A stretch of DNA of 64,000 nucleotides from Candidatus Multivoradales bacterium (GCA_965223875.1 OZ245024.1:4810315-4874314); one strand, 5' to 3'; shown: positions 1 through 9,505, counted from the stretch's first letter. A program made the numbers and translations. The notes: generated by a model not told the origin, from the letters alone.

Positions 1-2
1 GG

Positions 3-2144
3 GCGCGAGCGGCGCGGCATACGGCGGTAGTTCTCGGGGCGGTGGCGCTCTGGGCGCTCCTCGGCTTCGTCGCCGCGGCCGCGAGCGCCGACGGGCCCTT
101 CACCCTCGCGGAGGTGCTGGCCCCACCGTTCCCGGTCAGCCTCGCCACCGCATCGCAGGCCGATCGGGTCGCCTGGGTTCGCGACGACAGGGGCTCCAGA
201 AACGTCTGGACGGCGGCCCCCGGAGATCCGGCGCGACCGGTCACCGGCTACACCGGGGACGATGGCCAGCCTCTCGGCGCCTTGAGCCTGACACCGGACG
301 GCGAGTGGATCCTCTACGTCAGGGGTGGCGGCGCGAACAGGCTCGGCGAGCACCCCAATCCGACCAGCGATCCACGCGGTGTCGAGCGGTCGGTGTGGAT
401 CGTCAGCTCCGGCGGGGGGGAGCCCCGGCGACTGGGTGAGGGGGCGAGCCCGGTGGTCTCTCCGAATGGCCGCGAAGTCCTGATCGCTCGCGACGGCGGC
501 TTGTTTCGAGCTCCGCTCCATCCAACGATCGAAGACGACGGCGCCGGCCAAGCCGACGGATCCGAGCCGCAGCGGCTCTTCGAGGCGCGGGGAGCCAGCT
601 CCGGAGCCGCCTATTCCCCCGACGGCCGCCGTGTGGCGTTCGTCAGCGACCGCGGCGACCACAGCTTCATCGGCGTCTACGACCTGGAGGCCGAGCGACT
701 CAGCTGGATCGCCCCGAGCGTCGACCGCGACGACTTTCCGGTGTGGTCGCCCGACGGCCGTCGCCTCGCCTTCATCCGGCAGGACGGACAGATCCGCGGC
801 GAGCTCTTCAGCTTCCTCGTCACCCGGCCCTTCCGACTCATGGTGGCCGATGTCGAGTCGTCCGGCGCCGTCGAGCTGTGGCGCTCGCCCGACAGGGGAG
901 GTCCCTTCGCCCAGCTCTACCCGGGCCGGCCGCTGCGCTGGGCCGGGGAGCGGCTGGTCTTCTTCAGCGAGCACGACGGTTGGATGCACGTCTATTCGCT
1001 GGCGGCGAGCGGAGGAGCGCCCGTCGACCTGACCCCGGGACAGTGCGAGGCCGAGCACAGCGATATCGATCCGTCGGGAGCATGGCTGGTCTTCAGCCAC
1101 AACTGCGACGGCATCGACCGACGCCAGGTCTCGGTGACTCAGATCGCGGGGGGTGGGGTCAGCCGGCTCGGCCCCGAGCGTGAGATCCACAGCTCTCCGA
1201 GATTCTCCGCCGAAGGCGAGACGATCTATCTGCGTGCCTCGGATGCGCGACGCCCCGCGACCGTGACGCGGGTCGGTCGTGACGGATCGGGCTGGACGCG
1301 ACTCGACGAGCCCGGACCGGCGTCCCTCCCGCCGCTCGACGCCCTGGTCGTGCCGCGCGCCGTCACTCTCCTGGCGGCGGACGGCCTGACGACGCACGGC
1401 CAGCTCTTCGAGCCCCGGGGGCCGGCGCCGCCCGGTGGCCGTCCGGCTTTGGTCTTCATGCACGGCGGACCGATGCGCCAGATGCTCCTCGGCTGGCACT
1501 ACATCCAGTACTACGCGCGCTGCTACGCCTTCAATCAGTACATGGCGAGCCGTGGCTGGATGGTCCTGTCGGTCAACTTCCGCTCCGGAATCGGCTATGG
1601 GCAGGACTTCCGGCTGGCTCCCGAGCAGGGACCCTACGGAGCCTCCGAGTACCAGGATGTCGTCGCCGCGGGGGAGTGGCTGCGGGACCACGAGGCAGTC
1701 GACCCCCTACGGGTGGCGCTCTGGGGAGGGTCGTACGGCGGCTACCTGACGGCGATGGGCCTGGCCCGTGACTCCGACCTCTTCGCGGCCGGCGTCGATC
1801 TGCACGGGGTGCACGACTGGGCGCTGCGCGCCACCGACTTCACTCCGGGCGGAGGCTGGGGCATAAGTGAGGACGACATGGAGCTGGCGCGCCGGTCCTC
1901 GCCGGTTGCCGACCTGTCTTCGTGGACCTCTCCGGTGTTGTTCGTTCACGGAGACGACGACCGCAACGTGCTCTTCCAGCAGACCACCGACCTGGTGGTG
2001 CGGTTGCGCCGCCGGGGCCTCGAGCCCGAGGTCCTGGTGCTGCCCGACGAAGTCCACGGCTTTCTGCGGCACGCGAGCTGGCTACGGGTCTTCGAGGCGG
2101 CCGCGGAGTTCCTCGAGCGCCGGCTGGGCGCGGCCGCCGGCTAG
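3..2144 (+). CDS. S9 family (prolyl oligopeptidase/DPP-IV-like) serine peptidase with N-terminal beta-propeller (PD40-like) repeats; 5' end probably beyond the window
   Basis: Catalytic motifs GGSYGG (Ser), GDDDRNV (Asp) and DEVHG (His); repeated WSPDG/YSPDG propeller motifs. The frame is open from nt 3 to the GTG at 42 and encodes a signal-peptide-like hydrophobic stretch. Confidence 0.9.
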   Translation, partial: ARAARHTAVVLGAVALWALLGFVAAAASADGPFTLAEVLAPPFPVSLATASQADRVAWVRDDRGSRNVWTAAPGDPARPVTGYTGDDGQPLGALSLTPDGEWILYVRGGGANRLGEHPNPTSDPRGVERSVWIVSSGGGEPRRLGEGASPVVSPNGREVLIARDGGLFRAPLHPTIEDDGAGQADGSEPQRLFEARGASSGAAYSPDGRRVAFVSDRGDHSFIGVYDLEAERLSWIAPSVDRDDFPVWSPDGRRLAFIRQDGQIRGELFSFLVTRPFRLMVADVESSGAVELWRSPDRGGPFAQLYPGRPLRWAGERLVFFSEHDGWMHVYSLAASGGAPVDLTPGQCEAEHSDIDPSGAWLVFSHNCDGIDRRQVSVTQIAGGGVSRLGPEREIHSSPRFSAEGETIYLRASDARRPATVTRVGRDGSGWTRLDEPGPASLPPLDALVVPRAVTLLAADGLTTHGQLFEPRGPAPPGGRPALVFMHGGPMRQMLLGWHYIQYYARCYAFNQYMASRGWMVLSVNFRSGIGYGQDFRLAPEQGPYGASEYQDVVAAGEWLRDHEAVDPLRVALWGGSYGGYLTAMGLARDSDLFAAGVDLHGVHDWALRATDFTPGGGWGISEDDMELARRSSPVADLSSWTSPVLFVHGDDDRNVLFQQTTDLVVRLRRRGLEPEVLVLPDEVHGFLRHASWLRVFEAAAEFLERRLGAAAG

Positions 2145-3392
2145 CCGCCCGACCACGGCGCGGGGAAGCATCAGCCAGAGCCGGCCCTCGTGCTTCATGT
2201 GTCCGGCGATCTCCTCCGCGTCGGCCCCGTGACCCCAGAAGACGTCGCCGCGAACCGGTCCCTTGATGGCACCGCCGGTGTCCTGGGCCACCAACAGGCG
2301 CCGCAGGGCCCGGTCACCGCTGCCGTCGGCGCTCGGAGCGAGCCCGTCGAGCCAGACTGGAGCGCCGAGGGGCAGGAACGACCGGTCGACGGCCAGCGAA
2401 CGGCCGGGGGTCAGCGCCACGCCCATCGTTCCCACCGGGCCCTCCCCTTCGAGCTCGCGGAAGAAGACGAAGGAGGGATTGGTCGCCATCACCGCGGTGG
2501 CCTCCTCGGGGTGGGCCGCGAGCCAGGCCCGTATCGACTGCAGTGAAACTTCCTCGAGCGTCAGGGCGCCCCGTTCGACGAGCTCGCGGCCGATGGCGTA
2601 GTAGGGGCGTCCGTTCTGGCCCCCGTAGCCGACGCGCATCTCGCCGCCCTCCGCAAGCTCGACTCTCCCCGAGCCCTGGATGTGGAGAAAGAACGCGTCC
2701 ACGGCATCATCCACCCAGACCAGCTCCAGGCCGCGCCCGTCGAGCGCTCCGCCGGCGATCTCGGCGCGCTCGTAGTAGGGCTTGAACGTTCCGTCGCCTA
2801 CCCGGCCGGAGATCCGGTCGCCTTCGAACCGGTCGCTCCAGTCGGCCAGATCGAGAGTCAGGAGATCGTCGGGCTTGCGGAACAGCGGAACCGGGTAGGC
2901 CTCGGAGCGCCTGCGACTGCCTCTCAGCGAGGGCTCGTAGTAGCCGGTGAAGAGCCCGGTTCGCTCGTCGTGGTTGCGCACCTGGACCGGACGCAGGTGC
3001 TGCTCGATGAGCTGGCGGACCGAACCGTCGTCCCTCGCGGTCGATACGCCGGTGCAGAAGTCCCTCCAGTCGGCGACCCGTCCGCCGACCTCGTCCGGTC
3101 CGATTCCGGCGGTCGGATCCCGACGGGCGAAGACCTCGCAGCTGCGCCGCAGGGCGGGGAGGGCTTCGGCGACTCGATCATCGCTCCAACCCTCGAGCTC
3201 CTCGAAGTCGGCCGGAACGAGCACCAGTCGATCCTCGAGCGGCTCGGGCTCGATGACGACGGGGGGCTCGGGCTCGACGTCCCGTCTGAAGCACCAGATC
3301 GCGAAGCTGGTCGAGATGATCGCGACCGTGGCCATGATCATCGCCGTGGCCGGCCAGAAAACCGACCCGCCGCGCTTTTCGCTCGTGCTCAT
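2082..3392 (-). CDS. mltA: Membrane-bound lytic murein transglycosylase A (MltA/3D domain)
   Basis: Motifs FTGYYEP, FFLHIQGSG, NPSFVFF, SLAVD, AQDTGGAIKGPVRGDVFWG. Start moved to the ATG at 3392 (MSTSEKRGG, then an N-terminal TM anchor); the longer 670-aa call runs antisense to the GNAT gene. Confidence 0.9.
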   Translation of the reverse strand: MSTSEKRGGSVFWPATAMIMATVAIISTSFAIWCFRRDVEPEPPVVIEPEPLEDRLVLVPADFEELEGWSDDRVAEALPALRRSCEVFARRDPTAGIGPDEVGGRVADWRDFCTGVSTARDDGSVRQLIEQHLRPVQVRNHDERTGLFTGYYEPSLRGSRRRSEAYPVPLFRKPDDLLTLDLADWSDRFEGDRISGRVGDGTFKPYYERAEIAGGALDGRGLELVWVDDAVDAFFLHIQGSGRVELAEGGEMRVGYGGQNGRPYYAIGRELVERGALTLEEVSLQSIRAWLAAHPEEATAVMATNPSFVFFRELEGEGPVGTMGVALTPGRSLAVDRSFLPLGAPVWLDGLAPSADGSGDRALRRLLVAQDTGGAIKGPVRGDVFWGHGADAEEIAGHMKHEGRLWLMLPRAVVGRLAGGRAQPALEELRGRLEDP

Positions 3393-3491
3393 CTGCGGCC
3401 GTTTATAGGGAGCCGTGCGATCGCTGTCAACCGCCCGATCCCGGAATCGTGGGGATAGAGAGACCGGCAGCGTCGGGATAGAGTACCTCCC

Positions 3492-4376
3492 ATGGTCGCC
3501 GACACGCGCGCCTCCTCCGTCGAGGCCGAGCTCTCGGTGGTGGTCGAGATCGGCGGCGAGGGGGAGACGGTCCCGGTGGTTCTGCGGGCGCTCCGCTCGC
3601 TGGACGACTACCAGGCATGTGAGCGCCTCGAGCGCGAGACCTGGGGACAGGACTTCAGCGAGTGTGTTCCGGCCGGCGTGCTGATGATCAGTCAGAAGGT
3701 CGGCGGCGTCGCCGCCGGAGCCTTCGACTCCGACGGCCGGATGGTCGGCATGGTCTACGGCCTCACCGGTCCACGCGGCGGCGAGCTGGCGCACTGGTCG
3801 CACATGCTCGCGGTACGCCCCGAATACCGGGGCCTCGGGCTCGGCAGAGAGCTCAAGCTCTACCAGCGTCGGGTGGTTCGCGAGAAGGGCGCTTCGGTCA
3901 TGCTCTGGACCTACGACCCGATGGTGGCGCGCAACGCCTTCCTGAATATCTGCAAGCTGGGCGCTCGCCCGGTCGAGTACATCCGTGATCTCTACGGGCC
4001 CGATACGGCGAGTGAGCTGCACAGCGGTCTCGGGACGGACCGATTCGTGGTCGAGTGGCGACTCGACAGCGAAATGCCGTCCGATTGCGGGCATGGCGTC
4101 GACTGGGCCGCGGCCCCCGTACTGAACGTGACGTCCGATGGAGAGCCGACCGACGAAGGGCTCGATCCGGCCGGCCTCGACCGGGCGCGGGTGGAGATTC
4201 CGGCCGATATCCAGGCCGAGAAGGCGAGCGATCCCGCCTCGGGATCGCGCTGGCGCGCCTCGACCCGACGTGCCATCGAGAGCTGTCTCGCCGCCGGCCT
4301 CGCGGTGCGAGCCTTCGAGCGCGACCCGCAGTCGGGACGCGGGCGCTACCTGCTGGGACGCGAGGACGGCGATTGA
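3492..4376 (+). CDS. GNAT-family acyltransferase (putative D-amino acid N-succinyltransferase)
   Basis: WSHMLAVRPEYRGLGLGRELK acetyl-CoA-binding motif; WTYDPMVARNA and G..TDRFVVEW are typical of the GNAT found next to NSAR/OSBS; overlaps the next gene (TTGA). Confidence 0.8.
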   Translation: MVADTRASSVEAELSVVVEIGGEGETVPVVLRALRSLDDYQACERLERETWGQDFSECVPAGVLMISQKVGGVAAGAFDSDGRMVGMVYGLTGPRGGELAHWSHMLAVRPEYRGLGLGRELKLYQRRVVREKGASVMLWTYDPMVARNAFLNICKLGARPVEYIRDLYGPDTASELHSGLGTDRFVVEWRLDSEMPSDCGHGVDWAAAPVLNVTSDGEPTDEGLDPAGLDRARVEIPADIQAEKASDPASGSRWRASTRRAIESCLAAGLAVRAFERDPQSGRGRYLLGREDGD

Positions 4377-5503
4377 ATCTCACCGTCGAGCGCGTCGAGA
4401 TGCGCGAGATCCGGCTGCCCCTGCGCGAGCCGTTCCGGATCTCGTCGGGGGTCGAGTCCGAGCGGCGCATTCTCCTCCTCGAGCTGGTCGAGGCCGGCGG
4501 CCGTTCGGCGTGGGCCGAGTGTGTCGCTGGGGCGGCGCCCAACTACTCGCCCGAGACCATCGACGTCGCCTGGCTGGCGCTCGAGGAGTGGGTCGGACCT
4601 CGGCTGCTCGGCGTTGCCTGGGATACGGCCGTCGAGGTCCACGCCCTGCTGGCAGAGAACCTGCGCGGACATCGAATGGCCCGCGCCGCGCTCGAGATGG
4701 GAAGCTGGGGGCTCGAGGCCGAGTGTCGTGGGGTGAGTCTGGCGAGGCTGATCGGCGGCACCCGCGGGGAGGTGGTGACCGGGATCTCGCTCGGTATCCA
4801 GGAGAGTCCCGAGGCGCTCGCCGAGAAGGCTCTGGCCGCCAGAAGCGAGGGCTACCGCAAGGTCAAGCTCAAGATCCGGCCGGGTGAGGACGTCGCCTTC
4901 GTGCGCGCAGTGCGGGAGGAGCTGGGGGACGAGGCGGCGATGGCGGTCGACGCCAACAGCGCCTACTCCCTCGCAGATCGCAGGGTGTTCGAGGAGCTCG
5001 ACGAGCTCGGCCTTCTGATGATCGAGCAGCCGCTCGCCTGGAACGACCTGGTGCGTCACGCCGAGCTGCAGCGGCATCTGCGGACCCCGCTGTGCCTCGA
5101 CGAGTCGATCACCGGCCTCGACCGCGCCGAGGACATGCTGGCGCTGGGGAGCGGGCGGATCATCAACATCAAGCCGGGACGGGTCGGCGGCTTCTCGCAG
5201 TCGTTGGCCATCCACCGGCTCGGCCTCGACAACGATGTCCCGGTCTGGTGTGGCGGCATGCTCGAGAGCGGCGTCGGGCGCTCGTACAACGTGGCCCTGG
5301 CCTCCCTGCCCGGCTTCGTCCTCCCGGGAGACCTGAGCCCCAGCTCCCGCTACTGGGCCGAGGACGTGGTCGAGCCCGAATGGACCATGAGCGACGACGG
5401 CCTGGTGACCGTCCCCTTCGACCGCCCCGGCCTCGGCGTCACGGTGCGTCGCGATCGCGTCGAGGACCTCACGGTCCGCCATCGGACGCTTCGTCCGAGC
5501 TGA
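4373..5503 (+). CDS. menC: o-succinylbenzoate synthase / N-acyl(succinyl)amino acid racemase (enolase superfamily, NSAR/OSBS subfamily)
   Basis: KVKLKI, DAN, IEQP, CLDESI, NIKPGRVGG, WCGGMLESGVGR and GDLS motifs; TTG start at 4373 overlaps the GNAT stop. Confidence 0.85.
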   Translation: MNLTVERVEMREIRLPLREPFRISSGVESERRILLLELVEAGGRSAWAECVAGAAPNYSPETIDVAWLALEEWVGPRLLGVAWDTAVEVHALLAENLRGHRMARAALEMGSWGLEAECRGVSLARLIGGTRGEVVTGISLGIQESPEALAEKALAARSEGYRKVKLKIRPGEDVAFVRAVREELGDEAAMAVDANSAYSLADRRVFEELDELGLLMIEQPLAWNDLVRHAELQRHLRTPLCLDESITGLDRAEDMLALGSGRIINIKPGRVGGFSQSLAIHRLGLDNDVPVWCGGMLESGVGRSYNVALASLPGFVLPGDLSPSSRYWAEDVVEPEWTMSDDGLVTVPFDRPGLGVTVRRDRVEDLTVRHRTLRPS

Positions 5504-5596
5504 CTCTTCGTCCTACCTTTTCTGAAGCGGCCGGCGCCCCTGCCGGCCGTCGGTCGTGAAGGGCACCCCGCCCTCGGCCCCGCACCGGCCCCACCC

Positions 5597-6553
5597 CTAA
5601 TCGAGCAGCTCGGACCCTTCGTTCACCCCGACCCAGCTGTACCAGAAAGTGTCGAACCCGTTGAGCCGCTCGGCTCCGTCCACCGTCCCCTCACGCAGCC
5701 GCATCGCCAGCTCGGCGGGGGAGGCCGAGGCGGCGAGCGAGGCATCCACCATCCAGGCGTCGCTCGAGGCGTAGAACGAGGCCCCCGGGCGCCGGTGGAA
5801 GAGGAGCTTGTGTCCGGCGGCGTCGTAGAGATTGCCGCCCTCGATCGCCCGGTGGGTCACCGCCCAGGGCTTGCCGGCGAGCCAGAACGAGAAGATGTGC
5901 TCCTTGGGCGGCAGTCGGTCGTCGTCGATCTCGAGGCCGCGGAAGGTACCCTCCGACGTGAAGTAGTTGTCGTAGGGGTTGTTGGCTTCATGCTCCTTTC
6001 CGGCGACGGACAGGATCGTGGTCCCCGGATAGCGCAGTTTCCACTCACCCCAGGTCGTCTTCTCGCCGAAGGGGAGCTCTTCGAGGTCGGTTCCGTCGAG
6101 CGCTCCACCGATCGCGTCCGAGGTCATGATCGACCACCAGCTGTCGGTCTCGCGGTCCCGCATCACCAGAGTGGCGCTCATCAGCGCCCCTGAGGCCTCG
6201 AAGTTGAGCTCCCTACCTTCCACCGAGCGGCCGTAGACCACGGCCGTATTGGCCAGCGGTCACCAGACCGCGGCGACCGGGAGGTCGGCGAAACGGTCGT
6301 TGACCACTTCGTGGTGATTGAGCAGGTTGAGGCTGTAGGCCTTCGCCTCGTCGCCGATGGCGACACCGAACACCCAGGCGTCGTCGGGGATATCGGCCTC
6401 GGCGGCGGCGACGAAGGTCGGCTCGGTCACCGCGGCGATGCGGCCGCGGGGGAGGAGCTGTTCGACGCCTTCCGGCGGCGCGTCCTGCCCGGCGAGCGAG
6501 CCCGTGGAGAGCGCCAGGAGCACTAGAGGAGTGACAACGTGGTGGGTTCTCAT
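5597..6553 (-). CDS. DUF3179-family protein with in-frame UGA (codon 98), putative selenoprotein, N-terminal signal peptide
   Basis: The two track ORFs (tail of 6260..7471 and 5597..6241) are in the same frame and separated only by TGA at 6260-6262. The joined sequence reads AYSLNLLNHHEVVND...VAAVW-U-PLANTAVVYGR...LVMRDRETDSWW. ATG at 6553; 318 aa. Confidence 0.8.
6222..6262 (-). promoter_or_regulatory. Candidate bacterial SECIS element
   Basis: On the minus strand: TGA, 13 nt, then a perfect 7-bp stem CGGCCGT/ACGGCCG with apical loop GGTCT (20 nt from UGA to loop; loop starts with G), plus a possible lower stem ACCG/CGGT. Confidence 0.6.
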
Positions 6554-6636
6554 GGCGCTCTCGGTACTCCCTACGGCCCGACGTACCGATCGGTTCATCA
6601 GGGGCCCGTACCACCCCAACGGGTCCCGCGCTTCGG

Positions 6637-7416
6637 CTACCAGACCTTCCAGGGAGGAGCGCCCGAGTCCCACTCCTTCTCGAGCACCATGCGATCGCGC
6701 AGGGTGTCCATCGACTGCCAGTATCCTGCGTGTCGATAGGCGACGAGCTGCCCGTCGTTGGCCAGATTCTCGAGCGGCTCGAGCTCCCATACCGTGGAGT
6801 CGTTCTCGATGTAGTCGAGCGCCTCGGGCTCCACGACCATGTAGCCGCCATTGACCCAGCCGCTCTCGCTGGTCGGCGTCGGCTTCTCCTTGAAGCTGTG
6901 GATCGTGGAGTCGTCCCGCTCGAGGTGGAAGGCGCCGTAGCGTCCCGGAGGCTGCACCGCCGTGAGCGTGACCAGCTTGCCGTGATCGCGATGGAACTCG
7001 ATCAGATCCGGGACGTCGATGTGTCCGACACCGTCGCCGTAGCTCATGCAGAAGGTGCCGTCGGAGACATGCTCCTTGATCCTTCGCAGCCGGCCGCCGG
7101 TCATCGTGTCGAGGCCGGTGTCGACCAGGGTCACGGTCCACGGCTCCGACTTGTTCTGCAACACCTCGAGCTCGCCGGTGGCGAGGTTCATGCGGATGTC
7201 CGAGACGTGCTGCTTGTAGTTGATGAAGTACTCCCGGATCATCTCGCCCTTGTAGCCGCAGCAGATCACGAAGTCGTTGAGGCCGTGGGTGCCGTAGATC
7301 TTCATGATGTGCCAGAGGATCGGGCGCCCGCCGATCTCGACCATCGGCTTCGGACGGATGTTCGATTCTTCGCTGATCCGGGTTCCGTACCCGCCCGCCA
7401 GGATCACGACCTTCAT
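6637..7416 (-). CDS. rfbF: Glucose-1-phosphate cytidylyltransferase
   Basis: ILAGGYGTRISEE, PKPMVEIGGRPILWHIMKIY, VDTGLDTMTGGRL and WQSMDTLRD are family motifs; GAGGAG RBS. Confidence 0.93.
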   Translation of the reverse strand: MKVVILAGGYGTRISEESNIRPKPMVEIGGRPILWHIMKIYGTHGLNDFVICCGYKGEMIREYFINYKQHVSDIRMNLATGELEVLQNKSEPWTVTLVDTGLDTMTGGRLRRIKEHVSDGTFCMSYGDGVGHIDVPDLIEFHRDHGKLVTLTAVQPPGRYGAFHLERDDSTIHSFKEKPTPTSESGWVNGGYMVVEPEALDYIENDSTVWELEPLENLANDGQLVAYRHAGYWQSMDTLRDRMVLEKEWDSGAPPWKVW

Positions 7417-7495
7417 TAATGGATTCTCCTCTGGGATGGATGCCGCCGAAAGGACCGGCGCAGCTTAGCAAAGACCGGAGGCCGGGGGAGCCTGG

Positions 7496-9292
7496 TCAAC
7501 CCCGTGGTACGCCCTCGATCGGGGCCTCGTAGACGATCTCGCCGTCGAGGATGGTGTAGACGACCTCGGCGTCGAGGATCTCCTCCTCGGGGACCTCCAG
7601 AATGTTGCGCGACAGCACCACGATGTCGGCCAGCTTGCCCGGCGTGAGAGAACCGCGTGTCTCCTCTTCACGGATCGCGTGGGCGGCGTTGAGCGTGTAG
7701 GTGCGCAGCGCCTCCAACCGCTCCATCCGCTGCTCCGGGTAGAAGACCGAGCCGTCGGCGAGGCGTCGCGACACGCTGGCGTAGTAGCTGGCGATCGGAT
7801 CGACGTCCTCCACCGGAGCGTCGGTGCCGTTGACGACCAGGGCCCCCGAGTCGGCCAGCGCGCGCCAGACGTAGGCGCCCTCCTCGGAGCGCCGGTCGCC
7901 GAGACGGTCCGGCACCCAGGGAGCGTCCGAGGTGCAATGGACACCCTGGATCGAGGCGATGACACCGAGCTCGCCGAAACGCGGGATGTCGTCGGGATGG
8001 AGGTGCTGCGCATGCTCGATGCGCCAGCGCGGGTCGTCGGCATCGGGGTGGTTGGCGAAGGCCTCCTCGTAGATGTCGAGCACCTCGCGGTTGGCCCGAT
8101 CGCCGATGGCATGGACGGCGAGCTGGTAGTCGTGCTTCATCGCCAGCTCGGCGGTCTCGCGGGCGTGGTCGACCGGAATCAGGTTCAGGCCCGTGCTCGA
8201 GGGGAGGTCCTCGTAGGGCTCGAGCAGCCAGGCGCCGCGTGAGCCCAGGGCGCCGTCGATCGAGAGCTTGATCCCGCCGACACTGAGCCTCCCGCCGTGG
8301 TCGCGCATGCGATAGCCGTCGAGGTGCTCGGCCAGGGCTTCGTTCGAGTCCCGGATCATCACCCACAGCCGTACGCCCAGGAGCCCCTCGTCGGTGGCCT
8401 GCCTCAGCAGGTCTATGGTCCGCAGCGAGGAGCCGGCGTCGGTGAAGGTGGTGACGCCCTTGGCGAGGATCTCCTCGGAGGCCAGCTCGACCATCCGCCT
8501 GGCGATCGCCGCCGAGTGCTCGGCGTCCTCGCCTCCGGGGTTCAGCACCTCGCTCTGTACCAGGCCCTGCGCCGTCTCGTTGAGCAGCCCGGTCGCCCCG
8601 CCCGAGGCGTCGCGCAGGATCTCGCCCCCCGGCGGATCGGCCGTGCCGTCGTCGATTCCGGCCAGTTCCATCGCCCGGGCGTTGACGAACGCCGCGTGGC
8701 CGCTGGCGTGTCGCAGCACCACCGGGTTGTCGGGCGAGACGGCGCTGAGCGAGGTGTGGACGGGGAAGCCGGCGACCGTCTCGGCGGGGGCCCGGGTCCA
8801 CTTGTCCTGGTGCCAGCCACGGCCGTGGATGATCTCTCCCGGCTCGGCGACCGCCACGGCCTCCGCCACCAGGGCGACGACCTCGTCCCAGCTCGACGGG
8901 GTTCGGAGATCGAGGATCAGCTGCGCGTCCCCGACACCCATGAAGTGGCCGTGACCCTCGATGAAGCCGGGAATCGCCAACTGGCCGCCCAGGTCGACGA
9001 CCTCGGTGCCGTCGCCGATGTAGGGGGCGATGTCGGCTTCGCTGCCGATCGCCGCGATCCGTCCGTCGCGGATCGCCATCGCCTCGGCTTCCGGCCGCTC
9101 CTCGTCGACGGTCGCGAAGACGCCGTTGATCAGCGCCATGTCGGCGGGCTCGGGGCCCGGGGCGGTGCAGCCCGATGCCACGAAGGCGGACAGGAGGACG
9201 GGGAGGGCGGCGCGTCCCGGCCAGCCCTTCGAGGCGGCGCCCGGCGTCGGGACCGGTGTGGTGGAAGAGGTCTGTCGCCGGTTCGGGCGCAT
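7496..9292 (-). CDS. Amidohydrolase_3 family (YtcJ-like) metal-dependent hydrolase, probable lipoprotein
   Basis: PGFIEGHGH, IKLSIDGALGSRGA, HAIGD, RIEHAQ, NGTDAPV and GKLADIVVL; lipobox-like VASGC. Start reassigned to the ATG at 9292. Confidence 0.88.
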   Translation of the reverse strand: MRPNRRQTSSTTPVPTPGAASKGWPGRAALPVLLSAFVASGCTAPGPEPADMALINGVFATVDEERPEAEAMAIRDGRIAAIGSEADIAPYIGDGTEVVDLGGQLAIPGFIEGHGHFMGVGDAQLILDLRTPSSWDEVVALVAEAVAVAEPGEIIHGRGWHQDKWTRAPAETVAGFPVHTSLSAVSPDNPVVLRHASGHAAFVNARAMELAGIDDGTADPPGGEILRDASGGATGLLNETAQGLVQSEVLNPGGEDAEHSAAIARRMVELASEEILAKGVTTFTDAGSSLRTIDLLRQATDEGLLGVRLWVMIRDSNEALAEHLDGYRMRDHGGRLSVGGIKLSIDGALGSRGAWLLEPYEDLPSSTGLNLIPVDHARETAELAMKHDYQLAVHAIGDRANREVLDIYEEAFANHPDADDPRWRIEHAQHLHPDDIPRFGELGVIASIQGVHCTSDAPWVPDRLGDRRSEEGAYVWRALADSGALVVNGTDAPVEDVDPIASYYASVSRRLADGSVFYPEQRMERLEALRTYTLNAAHAIREEETRGSLTPGKLADIVVLSRNILEVPEEEILDAEVVYTILDGEIVYEAPIEGVPRG

Positions 9293-9505
9293 GGCGGTCT
9301 CCTGTCGGGTGGGTGCTGCCGCGGACGTTCGGGCCGGGCTTCCGTCTGGCTTCCGGGCTGTCCTCAGGGGGTCGAGCGGGCGGATGCTATCACCGGCCAC
9401 GGCCCGACTTGCCTCGCGGGGGGGTGGCGGCGAGAATAGGCGCGTCGCCCGGGGCGGCTCGTTCCGCTCCCAACGAATCACCGACAGAATCCGGGACAAT
9501 CCACT

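Noticed and set aside
6554-7471. N-terminal ~305 aa of the 403-aa ORF 6260..7471
   Set aside because: Off-frame overlap with rfbF; only the part from the ATG at 6553 is the real DUF3179 N-terminus.
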